A program made the translations under genes and the position numbers. Shown piece by piece: positions 32,706 through 40,761 of a stretch of DNA of 64,000 nt (positions within the stretch are counted from its first letter, which is position 1; every line of letters begins with the position of its first letter). The notes under the pieces were generated by a model, which had not been told where the DNA came from, searched no databases, and was given only the letters and a program-made list of their open reading frames with translations. The DNA comes from Deltaproteobacteria bacterium (GTDB lineage Bacteria > Desulfobacterota > Desulfobacteria > Desulfobacterales > JAFDMD01), in NCBI GenBank assembly GCA_019306065.1, contig JAFDMF010000011.1, positions 6,311 to 70,310 on the forward strand. Reading direction: 5' to 3'.

Positions 32706-32897
32706 ATGAAAGAAGAAAAACAAAATATTGTTGAAGCGGAGCTTACCGATAATGATCTCGAAGCTTTGGACGATAGTATGCTGCGAGACATTTCCGGCGG
32801 TAAAAGCCTTGCTTATGCTATGAAATACGGAATTATTGCCATGTATGGCATTTTTCCTATTTTAACGGAAATAAAAACGGCAACTGTATATAAATAA
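32706..32897 (+). CDS. Double-glycine-leader precursor peptide B1 (63 aa)
   Basis: MKEEKQNIVEAELTDNDLEALDDSMLRDISGG|KSLAYAMKYGIIAMYGIFPILTEIKTATVYK, with an AAGGAGG SD. Confidence 0.65.
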   Translation: MKEEKQNIVEAELTDNDLEALDDSMLRDISGGKSLAYAMKYGIIAMYGIFPILTEIKTATVYK

Positions 32898-32908
32898 AAT
32901 ACTTAACT

Positions 32909-32946
32909 CGGATGCCCTGAATGTAGCGGGGCATCCGTTATTTTTA
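32909..32946 (+). terminator. Hairpin terminator after B1
   Basis: cggatgccc / gggcatccg 9-bp stem followed by ttattttta. Confidence 0.6.
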
Positions 32947-32957
32947 ATTTTACTTTA

Positions 32958-33137
32958 ATTAAAAAAATATAATCGCAAAAAAAAATGATTATAAAAAGGT
33001 AGAGGAAACAATAAAGGAATTTCTCGCTTTGCTCGACAAGACAGGCTTTTTATTTTTTTTGTGTTCTGTTGATAAATGTTATTTTTGCTTGTCATTTCGA
33101 CAAGCGCAGCGAGGAGAAATCCCTTAATTATCTGAAC
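32958..33137. repeat. MITE-like inverted-repeat element, full copy, between the two precursor cassettes
   Basis: aaaaatgattataaaaaggtagaggaaacaataaaggaatttctcgctttgctcgacaagacagg, a spacer, then tgtcatttcgacaagcgcagcgaggagaaatccc. Track ORF 32955-33146 is an artefact of it. Confidence 0.75.
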
Positions 33138-33147
33138 CGCTAACAAT

Positions 33148-33224
33148 TTGTAACGGACTTTTAAACATCTTTTTATAATTTTATTTTAATAAACTTTTTT
33201 AAAAAATTACTTGGAGGTAATAAA
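33148..33224 (+). promoter_or_regulatory. Conserved upstream segment of A-type precursor gene, copy 2
   Basis: Near-identical to 32454-32529 apart from about 3 substitutions or indels. Confidence 0.5.
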
Positions 33225-33359
33225 ATGGAAAAACTTATGGTTAATAATTATGGCATGGAAGAATTAACCTCTGATGCAATGAAAGAAACCGATGGCGGCA
33301 TTTTGATAGCTCTTATGTTAACAGCAGCTTTAATTTTAGTATCTAACAATGCGTATTAA
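33225..33359 (+). CDS. Double-glycine-leader precursor peptide A2 (44 aa)
   Basis: MEKLMVNNYGMEELTSDAMKETDGG|ILIALMLTAALILVSNNAY, with a GGAGG SD. Confidence 0.6.
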   Translation: MEKLMVNNYGMEELTSDAMKETDGGILIALMLTAALILVSNNAY

Positions 33360-33443
33360 AATTTAACTATTAAATAAAATAATTATTAATATAATGTTAA
33401 AATTGTTATAAATCCAAATTTAACAAAAGGAGGCGATTAAACA

Positions 33444-33587
33444 ATGAAAGAAGAAAAACAAGATATTGTTGAAGAGGAGCTTACCGATAATGATCTCGAA
33501 GCTCTTGATGAAAGTATGATGAAAGATATTAACGGCGGATATTGGCCGATAATGATGTATGGAGTATTTCTTCCTTATTCTATTTAG
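33444..33587 (+). CDS. Double-glycine-leader precursor peptide B2 (47 aa)
   Basis: MKEEKQDIVEEELTDNDLEALDESMMKDINGG|YWPIMMYGVFLPYSI, with an AAGGAGG SD. The leader is almost identical to that of B1. Confidence 0.65.
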   Translation: MKEEKQDIVEEELTDNDLEALDESMMKDINGGYWPIMMYGVFLPYSI

Positions 33588-33648
33588 AACGCTCCTGTTT
33601 ATTCCGATTAAATTAATGTATGGAATATTTTTCAAATACTAAACCACC

Positions 33649-33697
33649 CATTTCGGATGCCATACCTTTTATATGGCATCCGAAATGCTACTTTTTA
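33649..33697 (+). terminator. Hairpin terminator after B2
   Basis: catttcggatgccata / tatggcatccgaaatg 16-bp perfect stem with a 7-nt loop, followed by ctacttttt. Confidence 0.6.
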
Positions 33698-33749
33698 AAT
33701 TATTATAGATAAGAATACCTTTATGTAACAAGAAATAAGGAACAACATA

Positions 33750-35279
33750 ATGGAATATACGCCGATAAGCTCCGTATGGGAAATAACTATGGCTTGCAAT
33801 ATGCGCTGCGGACATTGCGGCTCCGAATGCTCCGTAAAACAACCGGACGAACTAACCCCCGAAGAAGCGTTAAAATTATGCGACAACCTTGCCGAATTAG
33901 GCTTAAAACTTATAACCCTTTCCGGCGGCGAGCCTTTTACCCGTCCGGACTGGCATAAAATTGCAAAAAGATTAACCGAACACGACATTATTACCAATAT
34001 AATATCCAACGGCTGGTTTATAGACGATAATATTATAAACATGGCATCTGCCGCAGGCATTGGAACAATTGCCATAAGTTTAGACGGCAACAAAGAAATA
34101 CACGATTCCATCCGAAAAGAAGGCTCTTTTAACAGAGTAATGAACGCTCTTGAAATAATGAAAAAAAGAGGTTTTACATCTTCAATAGTTACCACCATAA
34201 TGAAACATAATCTGCCTTTATTGCCGGAAATAAAAGAAATACTTATAAACAAAGGCGTTTCTCAGTGGCAGCTTCAAATTGGAACGCCTATGGGAAACCT
34301 TAAAAAAAACAGCCATAACGTAATTACTCCGGATCAGATGGAAGAAATTATTGATTTTGCTTATGAAGTTATGCAGGAAAAAACCATTAGAATAGCCCTT
34401 GCGGACGATATAGGCTATTATACCAAAAAAATTACGGCAATAGCAGGAAGCATATACGGCGAAGGTACCGTATGGCAGGGATGCGGGGCAGGAAAAAGCG
34501 TAATAGGAATTCTTCATAACGGAGAAATTACCGGCTGCACGTCGCTTCGGGATAGAAATTTTATAGAAGGCAGCATACGCGAAACCCCCTTAAAAGAGTT
34601 ATGGACAAGACCGGGCGCTTTTGCTTGGAACAGAGAGTTAAGCATAGAAAAACTTACAGGCTTTTGTAAAAAATGCAGATACGCCGAAAAATGCCTTGGC
34701 GGATGCACATCTCATAAACGGTTTACCGGAAACACCTTAACCGAAAATAATTACTGCGCATATAAATCTTCAATAGAAAAATTAATCCCGAAAATAAACA
34801 ATATAAAAGATATTAAAACCCTAATGGCGCGGGCGGAAAAATCAATATCTTTAAATCTAAATGAAGTTGCGGAAATATGCCTCTTAAAAGCCCTTGAAAT
34901 ATCCCCTTCGGACGTCAATATTTTAAATATGCTCGGATATGTATATTTTCAGTTTAAAGATTACAAACGTTGTATGGAAACAAATAAAAAAGCCCTTAAA
35001 ATATCCCATAACAACCCTTATTCCTTAAAAGGACTGGGGCTTGCTTTGGCAAAACTCGGCAAAACAAAAGAAGGCGTAGAAACCCTAAAAAAATCTATTG
35101 AATTTGCAGAAAAAGATTTTATGGATCCGTATCATGACCTTGCCGTAACCCTTTGTGAAGCGGGAGACTTAAATCAAGCGTTAGAGATTCTTGAAAAAGG
35201 AAGAAGCATATCAAAAAGCTTTGAAAAACAGAGTCAGGCAATATATGAGGATTTGATTAAACAGAAACAAAATAATTAA
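33750..35279 (+). CDS. Radical SAM / SPASM-domain peptide-modifying enzyme with C-terminal TPR repeats
   Basis: 509 aa. CNMRCGHCG (CxxxCxxC) sits at residues 16-24. SPASM-like Cys clusters are GCGAGKS...GEITGCTS and FCKKCRYAEKCLGGCTSH. The C-terminal region of about 150 aa is TPR-like (NMLGYVYFQFKDYKRCMETNKKALKI...). Confidence 0.85.
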   Translation: MEYTPISSVWEITMACNMRCGHCGSECSVKQPDELTPEEALKLCDNLAELGLKLITLSGGEPFTRPDWHKIAKRLTEHDIITNIISNGWFIDDNIINMASAAGIGTIAISLDGNKEIHDSIRKEGSFNRVMNALEIMKKRGFTSSIVTTIMKHNLPLLPEIKEILINKGVSQWQLQIGTPMGNLKKNSHNVITPDQMEEIIDFAYEVMQEKTIRIALADDIGYYTKKITAIAGSIYGEGTVWQGCGAGKSVIGILHNGEITGCTSLRDRNFIEGSIRETPLKELWTRPGAFAWNRELSIEKLTGFCKKCRYAEKCLGGCTSHKRFTGNTLTENNYCAYKSSIEKLIPKINNIKDIKTLMARAEKSISLNLNEVAEICLLKALEISPSDVNILNMLGYVYFQFKDYKRCMETNKKALKISHNNPYSLKGLGLALAKLGKTKEGVETLKKSIEFAEKDFMDPYHDLAVTLCEAGDLNQALEILEKGRSISKSFEKQSQAIYEDLIKQKQNN

Positions 35280-35297
35280 TTACGCTAAATAAAAAAT

Positions 35298-35450
35298 TTG
35301 GATATTACAAAATATGAAGTTATGGAAATGGATGCTACTGAAATGAGTGAATTCGATGGTGGTATTGTTTTTGTTACTGCGTTAGGTTTAGGAATGGGGG
35401 CTTTTGGAGTTGGCTATGTTATCGGTTATTGGTGGAATCATCGTCGTTAA
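35298..35450 (+). CDS. Double-glycine-leader precursor peptide A3 (about 50 aa; start uncertain, TTG or an internal ATG)
   Basis: (L/M)DITKYEVMEMDATEMSEFDGG|IVFVTALGLGMGAFGVGYVIGYWWNHRR. The leader aligns with A1 (YGVMEMDTAEM..NGG). No clear SD. Confidence 0.5.
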   Translation: MDITKYEVMEMDATEMSEFDGGIVFVTALGLGMGAFGVGYVIGYWWNHRR

Positions 35451-35460
35451 CTGATTAATT

Positions 35461-35497
35461 ATTTAGGTAGCCCTATGATAACAAGGGCTACCTAAAT
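35461..35497 (+). terminator. Hairpin after A3
   Basis: atttaggtagccct / agggctacctaaat 14-bp perfect stem with a 9-nt loop. Confidence 0.55.
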
Positions 35498-35597
35498 AAA
35501 ACCAGCTTGTTTCTTTTAAGACTATATAATAGATGTTATCAAAAATGAGGATTTTAAACTATCTTTTTTAATTCAATAGAAATAAGAGGTTGTAATT

Positions 35598-35777
35598 ATG
35601 GCTAATAAAGCATTATTAATAATAGTTTTTACTAGTTTAGCGTCTTTAGTAATATTTCTTACAACAATAATCAAAAATAAATTGGTAGTCTCTCAAATCA
35701 ACTGGGTAGTAATTATAATTTTAATTATGGTAGGATTTCTTATAGGCTTCCTTTTGGGATATATTGCAAAAGGTTAA
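35598..35777 (+). CDS. Small two-TM membrane protein (59 aa), candidate immunity/accessory protein
   Basis: MANKALLIIVFTSLASLVIFLTTIIKNKLVVSQINWVVIIILIMVGFLIGFLLGYIAKG. It has an AAGAGG SD and lies between the precursor gene and the export genes. Confidence 0.45.
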   Translation: MANKALLIIVFTSLASLVIFLTTIIKNKLVVSQINWVVIIILIMVGFLIGFLLGYIAKG

Positions 35778-35789
35778 TACTTACAAATA

Positions 35790-36968
35790 ATGCAAAACTC
35801 CATATACCCACACGATATAATAAACAATACTTCGGAACAAATACTTGCTCCGGATGCCGCAAAAGGTCATATAATCTATTCCTTATTTATTTTATCAATA
35901 ATCATAATGCTTATACTTCTGCCTATTTTAAAAGTTACGATTTCAATTCAAAGCAACGGCATAATACGCCCGGTTATAGAAAAAAACGAAATAAAGTCAT
36001 TGGCAACAGGAATAATAAACGAGGTTTTTGTTAAAGAAAACCAAACAATAAAAAAAAATCAACCCTTGCTTATTCTTGATAATTCCGTTTTAAATAAAGA
36101 ATTGCAACTTATTAATTACCAAGAAAAAGAAGAAAAAAATTCAATTTATGATCTGGAACTATTATTAAATTCCGATTTATCAAATCTATCCGAACAGCTA
36201 ATAAAAACTTCCGATTTTAAAAACCTGCATTATAAAAACGAATACCTTTATTTTAAAAATCAGCTTAAAGAAAATTTTTATAATCAAACAAAAGCAAAAA
36301 AAGAATTAAACAGATATAAAACCTTAAATAAAGATAAATTGGCAAGCTTAAGCGAATTGGAACAAAAGGATCTGGAACTGTCAAAACTGCAATTTCAATA
36401 TAAAATGCTAATAGAAAATCAGAATGCAAAATGGAATAAAGAACTATTGGCTGGCAGGTTAAAACTAAACGAGTTAAAAACCAAAAAAAAACAGACCGAA
36501 AAAGAAAAGGAATTTTCTGTTATTAAATCTCCCGTATCCGGAACAATAGAGCAGTTTTCCGGCATAACCGCCGGCGGATACATACAAGCAGGGCAGCTTA
36601 TAGCGGTTATTTCCCCAAGCAGCGATATAATAGCCGAAGTTTATATGTCTCCTCAAGATATAGGGCTTATAAACATAGGAACAAAAGCAAACATTCAGGT
36701 TGACGCTTTTAATTACAATCAATGGGGGCTTATTAAAGGGGAAGTAATAAAAATTTCGGACGACTTTTATCCCATAGATAACCAACCCTTTTTTAGAGTA
36801 AAATGCAAATTAAATAAAAACTATTTACAGCTTAAAAACGGATATAAAAGATATTTAAAAAAAGGAATGACCATTAGAACCCGTTTTTTAATAGCAAAAA
36901 GAAGCCTGTTCCAATTATTATACGATAAAGTTGATGACTGGATAAATCCTTTACAAAAAAGCGAATAA
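35790..36968 (+). CDS. HlyD-family secretion adaptor (periplasmic membrane-fusion protein)
   Basis: 392 aa with an N-terminal TM, a long coiled coil, and the family-typical VIKSPVSGTIEQ...AGQLIAVISP lipoyl/beta-barrel regions. Confidence 0.85.
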   Translation: MQNSIYPHDIINNTSEQILAPDAAKGHIIYSLFILSIIIMLILLPILKVTISIQSNGIIRPVIEKNEIKSLATGIINEVFVKENQTIKKNQPLLILDNSVLNKELQLINYQEKEEKNSIYDLELLLNSDLSNLSEQLIKTSDFKNLHYKNEYLYFKNQLKENFYNQTKAKKELNRYKTLNKDKLASLSELEQKDLELSKLQFQYKMLIENQNAKWNKELLAGRLKLNELKTKKKQTEKEKEFSVIKSPVSGTIEQFSGITAGGYIQAGQLIAVISPSSDIIAEVYMSPQDIGLINIGTKANIQVDAFNYNQWGLIKGEVIKISDDFYPIDNQPFFRVKCKLNKNYLQLKNGYKRYLKKGMTIRTRFLIAKRSLFQLLYDKVDDWINPLQKSE

Positions 36969-36970
36969 TA

Positions 36971-39136
36971 ATGCTAAAAAAATCCTTAAAATTCAAACAG
37001 CACGATATTACGGACTGCGGAGCTGCATGCCTTGCTTCAATAGCCGCTCATTACGGCTATAAAATGCCGATATCTCGAATCAGACAATATGCATCCACCG
37101 ATAAAAAAGGAACAAATGTTTTGGGAATGATAGAAGCCGCGGAAAAACTCGGCTTTATGGCAAAAGGGGTAAAAGGACCCTTTGAAAGCCTTTTTAAAAT
37201 ACCCAAACCTGCAATAGCCCATGTTGTGGTTAAAGAAGTCTTGCATCATTTTGTAGTTATTTACGAAACTACGCCCAATCATATAATTATTATGGATCCG
37301 AGCGACGGAACTTTTTATAAAAAAACCCATGAAGAATTTAAAAAAGAATGGACAGGCGTTATAATTCTTTTAGCGCCTTCCGAAGAATTTGAACAAGGAG
37401 ATAACACAACTTCGGCTTTCAAAAGATTTTGGGACCTTATTAAGCCCCATAAAACGGTTATGACAGAAGCCCTATTCGGAGCCGTTATTACTACCATACT
37501 CGGACTTTCAACCGCTATTTATGTTCAAAAAATAGTTGACTATGTAATAGTGGACGGCAATAAAAACCTGCTTAACCTTATGAGCGTTCTAATGATAGCT
37601 ATTCTTCTTCTCCGCATCTTTATAGGTTTTGCAAGAAACCTCTTTGTATTGCGGACAGGTCAAAAAATAGACGTTAAGCTTATTTTGGGATATTATAAAC
37701 ATCTGTTAACCCTTCCTCAAAGATTTTTCGATACAATGAGAATAGGAGAAATAGTTTCCCGTTTAAACGACGCTATAAAAATACGCTCTTTTATAAACGA
37801 GGTTGCTATAGATATGGTTGTTGATATTTTTATAGTAATATTCTCATTTGCTTTACTGTTTGTTTATTCTTGGAAAATAGCCCTAATAATGCTTATATCC
37901 GTACCACTTTATGCGGCGGTTTATTATATTGTAAATAAAATAAACAAAAAATATCAAAGAAAAATAATGGAAAACGCAGCGGACGTAGAAACTCAGCTTG
38001 TGGAATCTTTAAACTCCGTAGCTACGGTAAAAAGATTCGGGCTTGAATGGTATTCCAACATAAAAACCGAAACCCGCTTTGTAAAACTTCTTAAATCAAT
38101 ATATAAATCTGGAATAAATTCAATATTTGCGGGAAGCGCATCCTCTTTTGTATCCTCTCTTTTTACAATCATTTTATTATGGATAGGAACCTACTTTGCA
38201 TTAGATAATCAAATAACCCCCGGCGAACTAATGTCTTGTTATGCTTTAATAGGCTATTTTACCGAACCCGTAAGTAGCCTTATCAATGTAAACAGAACAA
38301 TACAGGACGCCCTTATTGCAGCAGATCGTCTTTTTGAAATAATGGATTTGGAAAGAGAACAAGCTCAAGGCTCAATAGACCTTACAAAAGAGATGATAGA
38401 AGATATTCATTTTAATAACGTCTCCTTTCGTTACGGAACCAGAGTAGAAGTTTTTAAAAACCTAAATTTAACAATACAAAAAGGGAAAGTAACAGGCATT
38501 GTAGGCGAGAGCGGCTCCGGCAAAACAACCTTAATCTCTTTGCTGCAGAAAATATACCTTATTAATAACGGATACATAAAAATAGGAAAATATGATATTA
38601 AAGATATTAAAAATGAAAATATCCGAAACATTATAAGCGTAGTGCCTCAAAAAATAGATATATTTGCAGGCAGCGTAATAGAAAACATTGCATTGGGAGA
38701 TTTTGAACCGAATATGGAAAAAATTATATCCGTATGCGACGACATAGGCATTAAAAACTTTATAGAAAACCTGCCTAACGGATTTCAAACATATTTGGGC
38801 GAAAGAGGCGCAAATCTTTCAGGAGGAGAAAGCCAGAGACTTGCAATTGCCAGAGCCTTTTATAAAAATCCGGAAATACTAATATTAGACGAAGCTACAT
38901 CGTCATTGGATTCCGCTGCGGAAAAATCGATTCAAAAAGCGATATTCTCCTTAAAAAAACAGAATAAAACGGTTATAATAATAGCTCATCGTTTAAGTAC
39001 GGTTATGAACTCCGATAAAATTATAGTTTTAAAACAAGGCGAAACCGTAGAAGAAGGAACACATCAAAACTTGCTTGCCAAAAAAGGAGAATATTACTTG
39101 CTTTGGCAATATCAATTTCCTTTATCTTTAACATAG
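36971..39136 (+). CDS. Peptidase C39 domain-containing ABC exporter (PCAT)
   Basis: 721 aa. It has an N-terminal QHDITDCGAACLASI (catalytic Cys), six TM segments, Walker A GESGSGKTT, signature LSGGESQR and Walker B ILILDEATS. Confidence 0.9.
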   Translation: MLKKSLKFKQHDITDCGAACLASIAAHYGYKMPISRIRQYASTDKKGTNVLGMIEAAEKLGFMAKGVKGPFESLFKIPKPAIAHVVVKEVLHHFVVIYETTPNHIIIMDPSDGTFYKKTHEEFKKEWTGVIILLAPSEEFEQGDNTTSAFKRFWDLIKPHKTVMTEALFGAVITTILGLSTAIYVQKIVDYVIVDGNKNLLNLMSVLMIAILLLRIFIGFARNLFVLRTGQKIDVKLILGYYKHLLTLPQRFFDTMRIGEIVSRLNDAIKIRSFINEVAIDMVVDIFIVIFSFALLFVYSWKIALIMLISVPLYAAVYYIVNKINKKYQRKIMENAADVETQLVESLNSVATVKRFGLEWYSNIKTETRFVKLLKSIYKSGINSIFAGSASSFVSSLFTIILLWIGTYFALDNQITPGELMSCYALIGYFTEPVSSLINVNRTIQDALIAADRLFEIMDLEREQAQGSIDLTKEMIEDIHFNNVSFRYGTRVEVFKNLNLTIQKGKVTGIVGESGSGKTTLISLLQKIYLINNGYIKIGKYDIKDIKNENIRNIISVVPQKIDIFAGSVIENIALGDFEPNMEKIISVCDDIGIKNFIENLPNGFQTYLGERGANLSGGESQRLAIARAFYKNPEILILDEATSSLDSAAEKSIQKAIFSLKKQNKTVIIIAHRLSTVMNSDKIIVLKQGETVEEGTHQNLLAKKGEYYLLWQYQFPLSLT

Positions 39137-39139
39137 CCT

Positions 39140-39393
39140 TTATTATTGGGTTGAGCGCAGCGAAACCCAAACCTACGAAATTATTGAATTTGCCGATTTA
39201 AACGGCGCCCCCAGAGACTAAATATCTATAGAAAAAATAACTATCATCGAAAAATAATCACAAAAAATAATGATTAATTTCGTTGGATAACAAAAAAAAT
39301 TGTTCGTTTGGAAGACGAAAAAAATTTTTCAATACCGCAAACGGACAAAATCCGAAGTTATGCGCCGAAATTTAAATAAAGGAAATTCTGTTA
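39140..39393. repeat. Composite intergenic repeat copy ending in the SD of pfk; includes the hairpin tgggtt-N11-aaccca (39147-39169)
   Basis: aatcacaaaaaataatgattaat, ttgttcgtttggaagacgaaaaaaa and cgcaaacggacaaaatccgaagt...aaatttaaataaaggaaatt align with 1481-1685 and 16914-17162. Confidence 0.65.
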
Positions 39394-40722
39394 ATGACTA
39401 TTCCGTATAACATAGATACTAACGTTCCCACTTTGGGAATCCCAAAAATAAATTCGCCTATGAAGTCTCTGGTAAATGATCCGAAAAGCCGCAATTTTAT
39501 ACCTGATACAAAACGGGTTTTAATCAGCGTTATATCGGACGATTTTACCGAAGTTATTAAAAGCGGCTTCGCTCCGCTCTCTTTTGAAGCTGCAGGACCC
39601 AGAGAAAAAATATTTTTCGACCCAAGCAAGCTAAGATGCGCTCTGATTACCTGCGGCGGATTATGCCCGGGTATAAACGATATAATCCGCTCTATAGTTT
39701 TTAGCCTATATTTCGGATACGGAGTTCGTAATATTTACGGCATAAAATACGGGCTTCAAGGATTTATTCCGGAATACGGACACGATTTTATCCAACTCGG
39801 TCCTTCTGCGGTAGTAGACATTTTAACTCGGGGCGGCTCCATACTCGGCTCTTCAAGAGGACCTCAGGATATTGAAAAAATAGTAGACTCTTTGGAAAGA
39901 ATGAATGTCGGAATCCTATTTATGATAGGCGGAGACGGTACATTACAAGCCGCTTTAAATATTGCGGACGCTATTATTAAAAGAGGGCTTAATATAAGCG
40001 TTGTAGGAATTCCGAAAACCATAGACAATGATATATTTTTAGTGTCAAAATCTTTCGGATTCGATACTGCGGTTGAAATAGCAACCTCTGCAATAAGAAG
40101 CGCTCATACCGAAGCCATAGGATATCCTGACGGAATAGGACTTATAAAACTTATGGGCAGATATTCCGGATTTATAGCGGTAAACTCCGCCCTTGCCCAG
40201 CAGGATGTTAATTTTGTTCTTATTCCCGAAGCCGACTTTGATTTGGAAGGGGAACGCGGCTTATTAAAGGCTCTTGAAAATAGACTTTCGAGCAGAAAAC
40301 ATGCCGTCATAGTTGTAGCGGAAGGAGCGGGGCAAAAATTCTTCGGCAAAAACCAAAAAAAATACGACGCTTCCGGCAATATTAAACTTTATGATATAGG
40401 CAGTTTTTTAAAAGATAAAATAACGCAATATTTTAAAGATAAAAATATTAATATAGCTATGAAGTATATTGATCCCAGTTACATGATAAGAAGCGTTCCT
40501 GCAAATGCAAACGATAGAGTTTTTTGCAGTTTTTTAGGCAGAGAAGCGGTTCATGCAGGTATGGCTGGAAAAACAAAGCTTATAATAGGGCATTGGAATA
40601 ACTGTTTTGTGCATCTGCCTATGGAGGCATCCGTTGGAAAACGTAAAAGCGTAAATACTGAAGGAAGATTATGGAGGGGAGTTTTAGAGGCTACCGGGCA
40701 GGGGGCTCTGACTAATTGGTAA
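39394..40722 (+). CDS. 6-phosphofructokinase (PfkA superfamily, long form)
   Basis: 442 aa. GGLCPGINDIIRS, MIGGDGT (GGDG suggests ATP dependence, though this is not decisive) and IPKTIDND are present. Confidence 0.85.
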   Translation: MTIPYNIDTNVPTLGIPKINSPMKSLVNDPKSRNFIPDTKRVLISVISDDFTEVIKSGFAPLSFEAAGPREKIFFDPSKLRCALITCGGLCPGINDIIRSIVFSLYFGYGVRNIYGIKYGLQGFIPEYGHDFIQLGPSAVVDILTRGGSILGSSRGPQDIEKIVDSLERMNVGILFMIGGDGTLQAALNIADAIIKRGLNISVVGIPKTIDNDIFLVSKSFGFDTAVEIATSAIRSAHTEAIGYPDGIGLIKLMGRYSGFIAVNSALAQQDVNFVLIPEADFDLEGERGLLKALENRLSSRKHAVIVVAEGAGQKFFGKNQKKYDASGNIKLYDIGSFLKDKITQYFKDKNINIAMKYIDPSYMIRSVPANANDRVFCSFLGREAVHAGMAGKTKLIIGHWNNCFVHLPMEASVGKRKSVNTEGRLWRGVLEATGQGALTNW

Positions 40723-40753
40723 TAGATAAGGGCGATGTATCGCCCTTATCTAT
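40722..40753. terminator. Bidirectional hairpin between convergent pfk and the LOG-family gene
   Basis: atagataagggcga tgta tcgcccttatctat: 14-bp perfect arms. Confidence 0.6.
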
Positions 40754-40761
40754 TATTCGAG

